DNA of 64,000 bases from a virus: IMG/VR virus record IMGVR_UViG_3300027770_000032; one strand, given 5' to 3'. Shown here one piece after another: positions 11,401 to 21,732 of this stretch (positions within the stretch are counted from its first letter, which is position 1; every line of letters starts with the position of its first letter). The position numbers were made by a program, and so were the translations under genes. A model generated the notes under the pieces. That model had not been told where the DNA came from and ran no database searches. It saw only the letters and a list, made by a program, of their open reading frames with translations.

Positions 11401-13795
11401 TGGTAATACCGCTTATTTTACAGAGAATACTTATGGAGTCACTGACGTCACGAATCAGTTTTACATTGATTCTGGTCAAAACGAAGATTTTCTCGACATC
11501 TCTAAACTCGTAAGAAAACCAAGATATGATACACTCGGAGCGAATGATATTCTTCTTGTCAAGTTTGATGCTTTTCAATCCTCATCCGGTGTCAAGACAA
11601 TTTCTTCCTATACCATTAATGACAGCGCAAATCTGACTTCTCTTGTAAGCGATACAAGCATTAACACGATGGAACTTCCAGAATTTCAAGGAAGTACAGG
11701 GATTTATTACGACGTCCGTGATTGCGTAGACCTTCGCCCTGCAGCCGCGAATACTATTAACTATGTGACTGATATTTCTTCGGTGGCATCCGGTGCAAAC
11801 TCTACTTCGATTATCAATCCTACATTTCCTTCAAATTCAAATTACTTTTCGTCAGCCAGTGCATTTTTCCCTGTGCCTAACTCTACGCTGTCTGCAAACG
11901 TAAGTTCATATCTTGGAAGAGTCGATCGAGTTATCATTAATTCGAACGGTGGGTTTGAAATAAGAAACGGAGAGCCGAGTATTTCTCCTGCTGTACCGCC
12001 TTCTCAAGATAATTCTCTTACTCTACAAATATACAATATTCCGCCATATCCTTCTCTTCCAGAAATACTTTCGGCAGATATGATTGCTATTACTGATACA
12101 AAAGTGTCGAGTGCGATTTCCGGAAAAAGAAAGAACATTTATACTATCAGACCTATTATTGGTGCTGCTGAAAGATCACTCATTCAGCAACGTCGCTATA
12201 CAATGTCAGACATTGGTAGTCTTGATAGAAGAATTAAAGATCTTGAGTATTACGTATCGTTTACTCTTGCAGAAGCATTGGCAAAAGCAAGATTTATTCC
12301 GAGTAGCCTCGATGCGGCTCTTGACAGATTTAAGTTTGGCTTTTTCGTAGATCCATTCACTGACTATGTTTATGCAGATGTCGGAAATCCAGAATTTTAT
12401 GCTAATATTCGAAATGATCAGCTTGGACCATACTTGAACGAATTAAATCTTGGGTTTAAATCAGATACTGATGAAGATGGTATTCTGACACTTCCATATA
12501 ATGAGTTTGTGATTGGAGAGCAAAGCATTGCAACAGATGGTCCTCTTCCTACAGTAGATCCTACAGTAGATCCTACAGTAGATCCTGTGCCAGTTACAAA
12601 CACAACAGGCGAAGTCACTGTTACGACTGTTACTCAAAGAATAGAGTCAGTTATAGAAAGAGAAAGAAGCACAAGCGCTTCTGACTCCGGTACTGTATAT
12701 GAAGAATTCACTTACAGATTCAGTAGTCTTTCTGGTCCAGCAGAGCTTTATGTAGTTTCGCGAGACAATTATATTTCTGCGACTGTTTATCAAGGAACTT
12801 CACAAAACGGTCCATTTACGGCCACACAAACTTCTTCTTCTGCATCTGGTATCACTAGTGCCGATATCGCTAGACTCTATCAAATAAATCAATTAAATGA
12901 TGGCCGAGGTGTTGAACATGTCGGAAGTATAGAGCGTAAGTCAATTCCTTCTGGCATCGATTCTGGTACTTTCATGGAAGATCAATTTAAGATTACATGG
13001 ACACACGATCCTTCTGCAGGACAATATGTAAAGGTAAGAATATACAAAGGTAAAAAGCACGGCGGACTCTTCGGAGGACAAGGAAGAACCGGTACTTACG
13101 GGTACCTTATGCAATATCCTACAGATTCTGTGACGACATCAGTAATAACAGTGCCGAATCCAAATACGTTTGAGTATACGGGTGTAATACATAATATTAA
13201 TCCAAATTCATTCACGATTACCAATTCATTAATAAATTATTATGTTTTTGGTAGTGGCATCAACTTAAATTATGTTGCCGATTCTCAGAAGTTTACAATT
13301 TCTGTGTCTGGTTTGAAACCTAATACGAATCATACGTTTACCTTCGATGGAGAAGATAAAACTTCGAAGTGTTCACAAGTAAGAACTTCTACAACGAATA
13401 CGACTGGTCTTCGAAGCGATGAAAACGGTATTTTGACATTCGATTTTTATTATGATGCTGGTCTTGATGAGGCAACAACAGATGTTACTGCTCAAAATCG
13501 TATTATCTCGAATATCGCCGGACAAAAACGATTTGTAATTGAAAATACTGGAGGCACTTCGCGAGCAGCAGGTGTAATTACTCTTGCTTACTACTCGAAT
13601 CTTCCTATACAAGAAGAATCTTTGAATATATCTCAGTCGACCACAGCTGCCTCAGTTTCACAGGCTGATGCCACAACGACTGGCAATACAACTCAGCCGC
13701 CCGTTGATACATTTATTGATCCAAGTGGAAGCTACAATGTACAGAGACTTGACTTTAGAAACTTCGAATCGCAGATAAATTTTAATATACCATAA
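8414..13795 (+). CDS. Large virion structural protein, VrlC/DUF4815-like (N-terminal part)
   Basis: N-terminal TNLNVSPYFDDF...KVLFQPGVAVQARELNQLQSILQNQI, APGADRLK, ARTYEESGNY, RRYTMSDIGSLDRRI and DRFKFGFFVDPF; usual position after gp8. Confidence 0.8.
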   Translation: MALETNLNVSPYFDDFDSKKDFYKVLFQPGVAVQARELNQLQSILQNQIEKFGDNVFKRGTIIDGCTITKHDKVPYIKINDLTTNGLQVDITLYNNRYVKNAANVEAYIVKTTSGLQSRSPDLNTLFVNYISSGTDFETDSFAADETLTVFDKSYPIFNIKVNDGASKFANNDSVVVMSALAVQNSTGGAANAAQFLANSVIQNGVANAVIIEANITANSTALILKVRPEYSDLISANTIKFRFAAGEQIRNFTSGASANVVAIVGSGAVGSITTDSLGKVTAVQVIGQGSGYYVEPHVTIANNSTTSTATATELGELELVAETFLATIQIANATSVPIGTGYGVTIGEGTIYQKGFFSRVASQFEVVNKYSNTAFDKSVGFYTNESIVNSNQDQTLLDNATGTYNYAAPGADRLKLTPVISVLTKAEADANSEFLPIIEFTDGRPYRINQDTIYNVINRQLAARTYEESGNYVINQFLTATKDSDTFSDTASLVNMKIDPGKAYINGIRIETIDNYKQNMNKGTTKLNDPASQTRLGYGNYFEVDELVGSFNFDIGGQVDLYDTAANYISTGSTTISATGTKIGTARLRTFAYQSGDIGNANAVYRMYLFDIKMNAGQNTKNVRSIYYSSGNKAIADVVLSAGEAVLYDTFDSSLLFKLKSATSNVSNITYQYRTINTSETSNSAGYVVLNLTSGEYFPYTEELNTSEKRDLIVIPNGNFKSQNSATGTISTANNTTANVVGTGSLFTTQFSPGDYVLLANSTAGNTAVAQIASIANSTLMTLATVPGKTYSGGSITLYYPQNIPISLTNKATKWANVDSSNSQIMTIYVGNNVANATSNAAASMPVSVVYNAQRNNVSSAAKTSNRGNYARIRIANNNSAGIQGPWPLGVSDAYRLRGVYKKDATVQDVTFNVATNITGSGTANAFITITNNPFANGDSLVYSNAAGVGVLGGLANATAYFAVYANTSGFALSATRGGANLTLTSNSTSVHKFTGNTAYFTENTYGVTDVTNQFYIDSGQNEDFLDISKLVRKPRYDTLGANDILLVKFDAFQSSSGVKTISSYTINDSANLTSLVSDTSINTMELPEFQGSTGIYYDVRDCVDLRPAAANTINYVTDISSVASGANSTSIINPTFPSNSNYFSSASAFFPVPNSTLSANVSSYLGRVDRVIINSNGGFEIRNGEPSISPAVPPSQDNSLTLQIYNIPPYPSLPEILSADMIAITDTKVSSAISGKRKNIYTIRPIIGAAERSLIQQRRYTMSDIGSLDRRIKDLEYYVSFTLAEALAKARFIPSSLDAALDRFKFGFFVDPFTDYVYADVGNPEFYANIRNDQLGPYLNELNLGFKSDTDEDGILTLPYNEFVIGEQSIATDGPLPTVDPTVDPTVDPVPVTNTTGEVTVTTVTQRIESVIERERSTSASDSGTVYEEFTYRFSSLSGPAELYVVSRDNYISATVYQGTSQNGPFTATQTSSSASGITSADIARLYQINQLNDGRGVEHVGSIERKSIPSGIDSGTFMEDQFKITWTHDPSAGQYVKVRIYKGKKHGGLFGGQGRTGTYGYLMQYPTDSVTTSVITVPNPNTFEYTGVIHNINPNSFTITNSLINYYVFGSGINLNYVADSQKFTISVSGLKPNTNHTFTFDGEDKTSKCSQVRTSTTNTTGLRSDENGILTFDFYYDAGLDEATTDVTAQNRIISNIAGQKRFVIENTGGTSRAAGVITLAYYSNLPIQEESLNISQSTTAASVSQADATTTGNTTQPPVDTFIDPSGSYNVQRLDFRNFESQINFNIP
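12548..12586 (+). repeat. Perfect 12-bp tandem repeat (CCTACAGTAGAT x3) encoding PTVDPTVDPTVDP linker
   Basis: Read directly from the sequence. Confidence 0.9.
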
Positions 13796-13841
13796 GATCG
13801 ATAGCGCGATAGATAAATAATAAAAATAAAAGAGGAAATGC

Positions 13842-15953
13842 ATGTCTTTTAATTATATTCAAACCTTTTACGTGAATCCGCAAACGGTAGCTAGTGCGCC
13901 AGAAGTCATGCTCACATCTATCGACGTATTCTTTAAGGCTAAACCTGTTCGCGGAGCCACAGTTTCTGGTGCAGTCGCTCCGACAGTGAACGCTTGGATC
14001 TGTGAAGTAGAAAACGATTCTCCTTTTGAGACTCGTCAAATTTTAAACTCTATGACTTTGATTGAGTATGATTTTATTTCTACTTCTCAAGATGCTTCGG
14101 CGGCGACTGTCATTGGATTTCGAAATCCTGTGAGACTTGCGACTGGAAAGCATTATGGATTAGTTCTTAAATTTAACGATCCAGGATTTGATGTATGGCA
14201 AAACGTACTTAGTCATAGACTTGTAACAGATGGTCAAGTTACGAACACTTTGTCAGTGGGTTCAAGAGGAACACACGGCGGCAAGTTATATGTTCCTACA
14301 AACACTTCTTCTCATCGTTCTCTGAGTGACAGAGATTTAAAATTTAAAGTCAAAGTAGCCAGATATACTGCTAACAACATTGTAATTAGTCTTGTGAATA
14401 AAGACTATGAGTTTTTCACAATCGACAACACGAATACCGGCGCTTTCATCGGCGGAGAATATATCTATCAAGATATTGCCAATGCTACGGGGACTGTCAC
14501 AGTTTCAACAACGAGTTTAAATGTAATCGGTACGGCAACAACATTTACTAATCTTTTACCTGCATCAAAAATTTTAGTTCAAAGCGGAGGCTCGAAACAA
14601 GTATTATCTGTGAATGCGATTACCAATGCTACTCACATGACAATTGCAAGCTTGCCATCTTTTTCTGCTTCTGGAATCGGTTTTAAAGTTCCTCCGATCG
14701 CAGCAGCCTATAATATCGATTATCCAAAATATAAGTTGATTTTGGTAGACTCAACTGCAAATGCTACAAATAAATTTGCGGTGAGTGGGGGAAGAATTAT
14801 AGGAGAGATATCCGGAGCAACCGCAAATATTGCTTCGATCGATCGCTATCCGGTTGATAACTTTAAACCTTCGTTCCTCATTGGTAATCCTTCTGGTTCT
14901 ACGTTTACTCTCGACTATAAGATCGCCAATTCTGCCAATCAGTTGTCTTCTACATCATCGAATATTAATCTTCTTCAGATGAATGACTCGGTAACTACAG
15001 GATATATCTTATCGAGATCAGTCGAAGTTGATACTTCGAAGAGCTCGAATCTTTTCGGAGACAAAAGAAAGTCAGTTGTCGCAAATTTAAATATTACAGT
15101 GAGTAGTGCAGACATCGATCGCTTTGCTGTTCCTTATGCAACCACACGTGAACTTGACTTCTACTTTTATCAAAACGACATTAATAATGTTTACACTGAG
15201 ACAAGAACAGTCGGACTGAGCAGTATTACTGACTACGACACAGAAACTGGTGCAAATGGCCTTGCGAAATCCAAGTATATTTCAAAAGTTATTAAATTTG
15301 CTCAAGATAAGAGAGCAGAAGATATCGTAGTATATCTGACAGGATATCGTCCAGCTGGAACAGAAATCAAAGTTTATGCAAAAATTCATAACGCAGCAGA
15401 CAGAGAATCATTTCAAAGCAAAGCCTGGACTCCTCTTGTATTGAAAGACAATATTGATCGCTTTAGCTCGACAGATCCAAATGATATGTATGAATTTACA
15501 TATGGATTTGATACAGCTCCCGAACTTCAAGTTGCTCTTGCCGGAACCGGCGCAATTACTTATGGTTCAAATAGCATTACTACAACAAACAATCATTCTG
15601 CGACGTTAACTGCCGGTGATTTGATTCGAATCAAAGATCAAGACGTTGGTAATCACGAAGTGTTTACAGTTTCGGCAGCAAATACTACTGCTATCAATAC
15701 ATATCGAAACATTACAACCTCAAGTCTCGTGTCGGCTGGAGTTACAAGATCAGATATTGTTATCGATAAACTGAAGTATAGAAATGTTGCTTGGAACAAT
15801 GTTGAAAATGATAATACTGTAAGATATGTTAATTCTGAATATGTAGAATTCGATCAATATACATCAATGCAAATTAAGATTGTTCTTCTTGCAACACAAA
15901 CTCATATCGTTCCGAAAGTAGAAGTGATTCAAGTCATCGGAGTTTCTGCATAA
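13842..15953 (+). CDS. Virion structural protein resembling the C-terminal half of VrlC/DUF4815-like proteins
   Basis: IQTFYV...MLTSIDVFFKAKP, DRDLKFKV, SKYISKVI...YRPAGTEIKVYAK and QIKIVL motifs; own AGAGG RBS. Confidence 0.65.
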   Translation: MSFNYIQTFYVNPQTVASAPEVMLTSIDVFFKAKPVRGATVSGAVAPTVNAWICEVENDSPFETRQILNSMTLIEYDFISTSQDASAATVIGFRNPVRLATGKHYGLVLKFNDPGFDVWQNVLSHRLVTDGQVTNTLSVGSRGTHGGKLYVPTNTSSHRSLSDRDLKFKVKVARYTANNIVISLVNKDYEFFTIDNTNTGAFIGGEYIYQDIANATGTVTVSTTSLNVIGTATTFTNLLPASKILVQSGGSKQVLSVNAITNATHMTIASLPSFSASGIGFKVPPIAAAYNIDYPKYKLILVDSTANATNKFAVSGGRIIGEISGATANIASIDRYPVDNFKPSFLIGNPSGSTFTLDYKIANSANQLSSTSSNINLLQMNDSVTTGYILSRSVEVDTSKSSNLFGDKRKSVVANLNITVSSADIDRFAVPYATTRELDFYFYQNDINNVYTETRTVGLSSITDYDTETGANGLAKSKYISKVIKFAQDKRAEDIVVYLTGYRPAGTEIKVYAKIHNAADRESFQSKAWTPLVLKDNIDRFSSTDPNDMYEFTYGFDTAPELQVALAGTGAITYGSNSITTTNNHSATLTAGDLIRIKDQDVGNHEVFTVSAANTTAINTYRNITTSSLVSAGVTRSDIVIDKLKYRNVAWNNVENDNTVRYVNSEYVEFDQYTSMQIKIVLLATQTHIVPKVEVIQVIGVSA

Positions 15954-16162
15954 TGTTAGTGAAGACTGAAACCGCCGGATTCATGAAAGATACTTCGACT
16001 GGAGCTTTCATAAATACTGATGATACAGCTTATGCAAAGTTTGTGGCAGAAAGATCGAATGCCAAGAATAGTAAAGATCTTTGTAATAGAATAAATGCAG
16101 TCGAAGACGACTTGAAAGAAATTAAAAATCTACTCTTACAAGTAGTGAATGGAAGAAATTAA
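15953..16162 (+). CDS. Small hypothetical protein with C-terminal coiled coil
   Basis: TAATG-coupled 69-aa ORF, MKDTSTGAFINTD...EIKNLLLQV. Confidence 0.7.
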   Translation: MLVKTETAGFMKDTSTGAFINTDDTAYAKFVAERSNAKNSKDLCNRINAVEDDLKEIKNLLLQVVNGRN

Positions 16163-18216
16163 TGTCAAGACCAGTAGCTAACGTTGATGTAATTACCGAC
16201 TCGTTTGAGATTTGGCTCCTTGAGACCAATGAACTTCTTCACGCGCTCTCGACAGAAATCATTACGGCAAATAGTACATATGCAAACACAGGTAACACTG
16301 CGTTTCCAAGAACAGCTCAGTTATACGGAACATTTGGTGCAAACAACCTAGTTGTAAAAGACTGGATGAAAGGCGGAAACGTCAACGGTTCGTTTGCGAA
16401 TCTTATGATCAGTACGAATACAGTTTTGAGTAATACTACCGCGACTGAAATTCGACTTGAGGTTGCCAACGGTTCTTCAAACTCTTTCATGTGGCAATAT
16501 GGTTTGCATGCTGGTTTGACTGGCGCAAATCTTGTCGCCAATACGACGAAGCTGACGATTCAATCAAATGCCACAGTCAATACTACGGCAAATGCTACTC
16601 TTGTCAGTGTTGCAAATAGCACATCTTCGGCAAACGTAGATGCTATCAGTTTTAAAACTGGCCTTTTCGTAGCGAATACGATTCAGATTACATTAGGTGC
16701 CAATGTCACTGCCAATGCCACGAACGGCGGAACGATTCAGGTGACCGGATCAGGAGCAGTCGGTAACAGTGTATCAAATAGCAGCGGTCTATATGTAGGC
16801 AATACTGTTACGAACAGTCAGATCACGAGTGTTCGATTCTTTGCTGCAGAAGGTAGTAATACTGTACTCGCAAACAATCAGATCATCAGTATGGTGAATA
16901 GCACTTCATCTGCCAATATCGATCCTATCAGTTTTAAGACAGGTATCTTTACTGCGAATACCATTCAGATTTCACTTGGCGCCAACGTCACCGCAAATGC
17001 TACTAACGGTGGTACAGTTCAAGTCACTGGAACAAGTACGATCGGTAATACAGTTGCAAATAGTACCGGTCTACACGTAAGTAATAGTTTAAACTCTTCG
17101 CAAGTCACAGCAATTCGTTTCCTTGCATCAGAAGGTTCGAATACCACTCTTGCAAATACTCGAATCATTAGCATCGCCAATTCGAGTGCCACGGCAAACA
17201 TCGAACCAAATGCATTTAAAACTGGCATCTTTACTGCCAATACTATTCAGATTTCGCTCGGTGCCAATGTCACTGCCAATGCCACGAATGGCGGAACGAT
17301 TCAGGTGACTGGAACATCTACTATCGGTAACACAGTTGCTAATAGTAGTGGAATCTTTGTAAGTAACAGTCTTAACTCGGCTGAACATTCAGCTGTCAGA
17401 TTTTATGCAGTCGAAGGTTCGAACACTACTCTTGCAAATACAAGAATCATCAGCATTGCCAATGCAACATCGACGTCGAATGTCACACCAACAGGATTCT
17501 TTGCTGGTATTGTCATTGCCAACCAAACAGTTGTTGCGGTCGGTGCGAACGTCTTTGCCAATGCCACTTCATTGCTTGTCGGCAATTCTTCATTCAACAC
17601 AGTCGTCGGTAACGGATCGATTACTGCATCTGCTAATCTTACCATTACGCCGACAAGTCACCTTGTCGTTGTCGGTGCTGCGACAGTCAGTTCGAACGTT
17701 GCTCTTGCAAATACTCTTTCAGTTGTAGGAAATACAACTCTTTCGAATACGCTCGCTGTGACTGGAGCAACTACGCTTTCTAGCACACTTGGTGTCACTG
17801 GAGCTGCAACACTTTCGAATACGATTGCTGTCACTGGTGCGGCTTCTTATGCAAACATCGTGACTTTCAAGACTGAACATGTGGTTGATGTCTTTGCGAA
17901 TGGAAACCTTGGAGCTACAACCGGTTCTGATCTTCTTGTCTTCGAATATCCAAAAGCAGATTATAGCACTGCTAAGCTTCTCATTCAATTAAAGAATACC
18001 GGAAATACACAAATTTCTGAAGTACTTCTTGCACATGATAACTCGACGGCGCAATTGACCACATACGGTACAGTTTCTTCACCGGTTGCAGCTAATTCCG
18101 GAGTCAGTTTACTTGGTACATTCTCTGCGAACGTGGCCACCGCAAATGTAAGAGTATATGTCAATCAGACTCGATCAAGCACAGCTGCAAAAGTTGTAGC
18201 GCAATTCATTAAGTAA
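16162..18216 (+). CDS. Fibre/baseplate-associated structural protein with three ~95-aa internal repeats
   Basis: N-terminal TDSFEIWLLETNEL; three copies of FKTGxFxANTIQIxLGANVTANATNGGT; C-terminal YSTAKLLIQ...SEVLLAHD...YGTV domain. Confidence 0.65.
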   Translation: MSRPVANVDVITDSFEIWLLETNELLHALSTEIITANSTYANTGNTAFPRTAQLYGTFGANNLVVKDWMKGGNVNGSFANLMISTNTVLSNTTATEIRLEVANGSSNSFMWQYGLHAGLTGANLVANTTKLTIQSNATVNTTANATLVSVANSTSSANVDAISFKTGLFVANTIQITLGANVTANATNGGTIQVTGSGAVGNSVSNSSGLYVGNTVTNSQITSVRFFAAEGSNTVLANNQIISMVNSTSSANIDPISFKTGIFTANTIQISLGANVTANATNGGTVQVTGTSTIGNTVANSTGLHVSNSLNSSQVTAIRFLASEGSNTTLANTRIISIANSSATANIEPNAFKTGIFTANTIQISLGANVTANATNGGTIQVTGTSTIGNTVANSSGIFVSNSLNSAEHSAVRFYAVEGSNTTLANTRIISIANATSTSNVTPTGFFAGIVIANQTVVAVGANVFANATSLLVGNSSFNTVVGNGSITASANLTITPTSHLVVVGAATVSSNVALANTLSVVGNTTLSNTLAVTGATTLSSTLGVTGAATLSNTIAVTGAASYANIVTFKTEHVVDVFANGNLGATTGSDLLVFEYPKADYSTAKLLIQLKNTGNTQISEVLLAHDNSTAQLTTYGTVSSPVAANSGVSLLGTFSANVATANVRVYVNQTRSSTAAKVVAQFIK

Positions 18217-18224
18217 GGTAAAAT

Positions 18225-19928
18225 ATGTCAGGCGCAAATAATAGATTTAAGGTTGATAATGGTCTAGTTGCTTCTGGAAACGCTATCTTTTACGATCGCG
18301 TTGATATGCAAGCCAATGCTTTTTTCAATAACGACTTATTCGTTGTATCTGGCAATCTTACTGTCAACGGCACGCTTATTTTTGCAAACGTTGTAATCGG
18401 AAATGGTGGAGTAATTCCTATTTCTGATCAGCAACCGCTTGGTAATACATCAAATCGATTCAATGCGTTTTTATATGATACTACTTCGTTTGGTACACTT
18501 CGCCCGAATGCAAACGGCGGTGCACTCGGTACGACAACCGAACGTTTTCAAGTATTTGCAAATAACATTACCGTGACGAATACCGTGAACTTTCCGAGTG
18601 GAGCAGGTGTTAACTCGTCGCTCTATACTGGTACAGCAAGCAATGCGAACACCGTATATAACATCTCGGCGAATGGTATCGTAGTTCGAACTGGTACCGG
18701 CACAGGTACTACGGTTTCTATCGCGTCGGCAAATGGTATTAGTGTTACGAATGGTAACGGAGTTTCTGGAAATCCGACGATTGGATTTGTAGCGAATGCT
18801 GGTTTAACTGCAAATGCCGGCGGCGTATGGGTTGATGCATCTGCAATTACTGTCGGTACACTTTCCACCGCGCGCGGTGGTACAGGTGGATCGATCAATA
18901 ATCTTCTTCCCGCACAATCGGCCGGCACGACCGGCTATGTTCTTTCTTCGAGCGGCGCGTCCGCAACATTATCATGGGCGGCACTTGCTGGACCACAAGG
19001 ACCACAAGGTGCAACCGGTTCTACAGGAGCAACTGGATCGACGGGTGCTCAAGGTGCTCAGGGTCCTCAAGGCACCACTGGCGCAACTGGTGCACAAGGT
19101 GCGACTGGCGCAACTGGCGCTCAAGGTGCCACAGGCGCAACTGGCGCTCAAGGTGCTCAGGGTCCTCAAGGTACCACTGGCGCAACTGGTGCGCAAGGAT
19201 CGACCGGCGCAACAGGTGCAACCGGATCGACTGGTTCTACGGGTGCACAGGGCCCGCAAGGCGCCACTGGTGCAACTGGAGCAGCATCAACTGTTGCTGG
19301 TCCTCAAGGACCGCAAGGAACTGCCGGTTCTACAGGTGCACAAGGCGCAACAGGTGCTCAAGGTGCAACCGGTGCAGCATCAACTGTTGCTGGTCCAACT
19401 GGACCACAAGGATCAACGGGACTTACTGGAGCACAAGGTCCGCAAGGTTCAACTGGTTCAACCGGTGCGACTGGCGCAACTGGACCTGCCGGCCCAGTCG
19501 CAGGTTCAAGTACGACGGTTCAATTCAACGATGCCGGCTTTGCAAATGGATCAGCAAACTTTACATTTACTAAATCGACTGGTTTAGTCTACGTCAATGG
19601 TAATGTACAAGCGGCCGACTTTGTGGTTGCATCTGATGATACACTCAAAAATGTAATTGGGAATATACCAAATGCGCTTGATATTGTTAACAGTCTCGAC
19701 GGTATTCGATACACTTGGAATGAACTCGGTCAACAGCTTCTCGGATACAAAGGTGATAAAGTTGAACTTGGGTTACTTGCTCAGCAAGTTGAAAAAGAAT
19801 TGCCTGAACTGATTGCAATGAGCGATAATGGCGACTACAAGATGGTCGCATATGCAAGACTTGTTGCGGTTCTGATTGAAGCTGTCAAGGAGTTAAGCAC
19901 TAAAGTTGATGCGCTGGAGAATCAATAA
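18225..19928 (+). CDS. Collagen-like tail fibre with C-terminal peptidase S74-type intramolecular chaperone
   Basis: Long G-X-Y tract, then SDDTLKNVI...GIRYTWN...[14 protein letters not shown]...[15 protein letters not shown] (S74 signature with the autocleavage S-D-x-x-x-K motif). Confidence 0.8.
   Translation: MSGANNRFKVDNGLVASGNAIFYDRVDMQANAFFNNDLFVVSGNLTVNGTLIFANVVIGNGGVIPISDQQPLGNTSNRFNAFLYDTTSFGTLRPNANGGALGTTTERFQVFANNITVTNTVNFPSGAGVNSSLYTGTASNANTVYNISANGIVVRTGTGTGTTVSIASANGISVTNGNGVSGNPTIGFVANAGLTANAGGVWVDASAITVGTLSTARGGTGGSINNLLPAQSAGTTGYVLSSSGASATLSWAALAGPQGPQGATGSTGATGSTGAQGAQGPQGTTGATGAQGATGATGAQGATGATGAQGAQGPQGTTGATGAQGSTGATGATGSTGSTGAQGPQGATGATGAASTVAGPQGPQGTAGSTGAQGATGAQGATGAASTVAGPTGPQGSTGLTGAQGPQGSTGSTGATGATGPAGPVAGSSTTVQFNDAGFANGSANFTFTKSTGLVYVNGNVQAADFVVASDDTLKNVIGNIPNALDIVNSLDGIRYTWNELGQQLLGYKGDKVELGLLAQQVEKELPELIAMSDNGDYKMVAYARLVAVLIEAVKELSTKVDALENQ
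18990..19497 (+). repeat. Collagen-like G-X-Y repeat tract (GAQ/GAT/GPQ/GST)
   Basis: Continuous Gly-X-Y triplets with two AASTVA interruptions. Confidence 0.95.
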
Positions 19929-20572
19929 TGGCTGTAACTATAGTCAATCCTGCGAGATTTAATGATGACGGTTTAGGGACTAGAAGATTTATTCGGGCCG
20001 CTTTCTTCGATGAAGGTTATGGTGTATCTACTAGTTTCCTTGCCTATGCGCAAGGTGCAGGCATTGTGCCCTCAACTGCAGATTTTAATGCAGTTGGCGC
20101 AGGTACAGCTGGTGATCCGTTACGGATGAGTCAGTTTAGTGGATTTGTTGTGCCGAAAAAACCCTTTTTCACTACATCATTAACAGAAGGTTTTTTTAGT
20201 AGTAGTGCAACTAATTATAAAAGCGGATATGCGAGAGATACAAACTCAGGTTTTGCTCCTCTAGGATCAGTTAGTACTGCTACAATAAGTGGCTCGTCAC
20301 AGTTTGTTGAGTTTGCTACAAGCGTAACACCATTTAAAAGTGGAACTTATACTCAAACATTGTTTGTAGTGACAGGGGATCAAAGAAGTGCTGGATGGAC
20401 CTCAGTAACTTTGTACAGCTCATCTTTTGTTGAAACTTACTCTCTTGTATATAGTGCCGAAAGCGGGCTTTCGGCATCTTTTGCATCAGGAAAGACTACA
20501 TGGTTATTGCTAGGCGGTGCTCCATCGTGGACAGGTGCGGGTGCAGTAAAAACATTTTCAATTACAGCATAG
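19928..20572 (+). CDS. Putative fibre-tip/adhesin protein (gp38-like position)
   Basis: TAATG-coupled to the S74 fibre; N-terminal region ends in PLRMSQFSG, reminiscent of the docking segment of fibre-tip proteins; Ser/Thr/Gly/aromatic-rich. Confidence 0.45.
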   Translation: MAVTIVNPARFNDDGLGTRRFIRAAFFDEGYGVSTSFLAYAQGAGIVPSTADFNAVGAGTAGDPLRMSQFSGFVVPKKPFFTTSLTEGFFSSSATNYKSGYARDTNSGFAPLGSVSTATISGSSQFVEFATSVTPFKSGTYTQTLFVVTGDQRSAGWTSVTLYSSSFVETYSLVYSAESGLSASFASGKTTWLLLGGAPSWTGAGAVKTFSITA

Positions 20573-20580
20573 GATATTTT

Positions 20581-21108
20581 ATGATAACGTTAACAAAGTG
20601 TGTTTCTACTGATGTAACTGTAGAAGAGTTAGAAAGATTATACAGTGAAGCATATACACATATATCCGAAGAACGTAAGCGAATGGGCGAAGAACAATTA
20701 AAAAATGCATTAGTCAATGATATAGATGGATATCCACTTATTAAGTATGAAGTAGATGAATATTTAGTTGCAATTGCTAGTTATACAAGCATGATTTATG
20801 ATGGTAAACAATACATGCTACATAGACACCCAATTTATGGTTGTGATATTAATGGATCAAAGGCCTGGTGGTACTCTGAAGAGTTTCAAGCTAAATTTAG
20901 TCAATATTTGGTTGATAATGATTATGCTGGTATAGTTACTGTAATTAATCCAAATTCGCCAGCCGCGAAAGCTGTAATTAGTCACTTTGGTTTTTTTGAA
21001 AAACATTTAAATAAACCTTATGTATTAGAAGATTTATCAGGAACAGGTATTACTCCGAGCGATGAAACATTATCTGTTTTAATTATTGATGTAAATAATA
21101 ACGTTTAA
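20581..21108 (+). CDS. Hypothetical protein, possibly GNAT-like fold
   Basis: ATG at 20581 with AGGA RBS (the track start at 20500 overlaps the upstream gene). The alpha/beta pattern ending INPNSPAAKAVISHFG is only weakly GNAT-like. Confidence 0.4.
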   Translation: MITLTKCVSTDVTVEELERLYSEAYTHISEERKRMGEEQLKNALVNDIDGYPLIKYEVDEYLVAIASYTSMIYDGKQYMLHRHPIYGCDINGSKAWWYSEEFQAKFSQYLVDNDYAGIVTVINPNSPAAKAVISHFGFFEKHLNKPYVLEDLSGTGITPSDETLSVLIIDVNNNV

Positions 21109-21119
21109 AGAGAGTACAA

Positions 21120-21449
21120 ATGGCACTGAAAGCAAACATAGTAATCGATCAGGGTACTTCATTTTCTACATCGATTGATGTGACAGATGAAAATGGTAAC
21201 ATCGTAAATCTGACAGGATTTACAGGTGCCGCACAACTACGTAAGCATTATACTTCGACCGCTCAAACCGCATTTACAGTTTCGATTACCGCTGTGACTG
21301 GTGTCGTCGCTCTTTCGATGTCAGCAAATACCACAAATGGTATTACTGCCGGAAGATACGTATATGACTGTGAGTTGACTGATGGTAGCGGAACAGTTTC
21401 TCGTCTTGTTGAAGGCATCGTCACAGTGACACCAGGAGTGACAAGATAA
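21120..21449 (+). CDS. Small conserved virion protein of T4-like phages
   Basis: ANIVIDQGTSF...AQLRKHY...AGRYVYD...RLVEGIVTVTPGVT pattern. Confidence 0.7.
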   Translation: MALKANIVIDQGTSFSTSIDVTDENGNIVNLTGFTGAAQLRKHYTSTAQTAFTVSITAVTGVVALSMSANTTNGITAGRYVYDCELTDGSGTVSRLVEGIVTVTPGVTR

Positions 21450-21715
21450 TGTCAATTCAAGGTCAAATTAGATCTTCGGCTACAACAATAAGGGCTAATG
21501 TTACTAATAATGGCGGAAGTCTTTCTGCACAATCACCTATTACTCTCAAGAATCAAATACAAGAAATACGAAGCATTGAAAATATACTTGACGTGAAAAC
21601 AGTTGATGTCACGAATGGCGCTACATTAATCTACAATTCTCAAAATGATAAATATGAGGTGAGACAACTGTCATTCGCAGATCTAGCAGTAGATCTCGAC
21701 GGCGGATCATTTTAA
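21449..21715 (+). CDS. Small structural protein ending LDGGSF
   Basis: DVKTVDVTNGATLIYNSQNDKY motif and a C-terminal LDGGxF shared with the next gene. Confidence 0.65.
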   Translation: MSIQGQIRSSATTIRANVTNNGGSLSAQSPITLKNQIQEIRSIENILDVKTVDVTNGATLIYNSQNDKYEVRQLSFADLAVDLDGGSF

Positions 21716-21732
21716 AGGAAAAGGAATAAAAC

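Noticed and set aside
18814-19587. Long alternative-frame ORFs over collagen and repeat tracts (also 24238-24702, 27790-28165, 35303-35836)
   Set aside because: Shadows of repetitive, stop-poor coding DNA, with no RBS or independent protein features.
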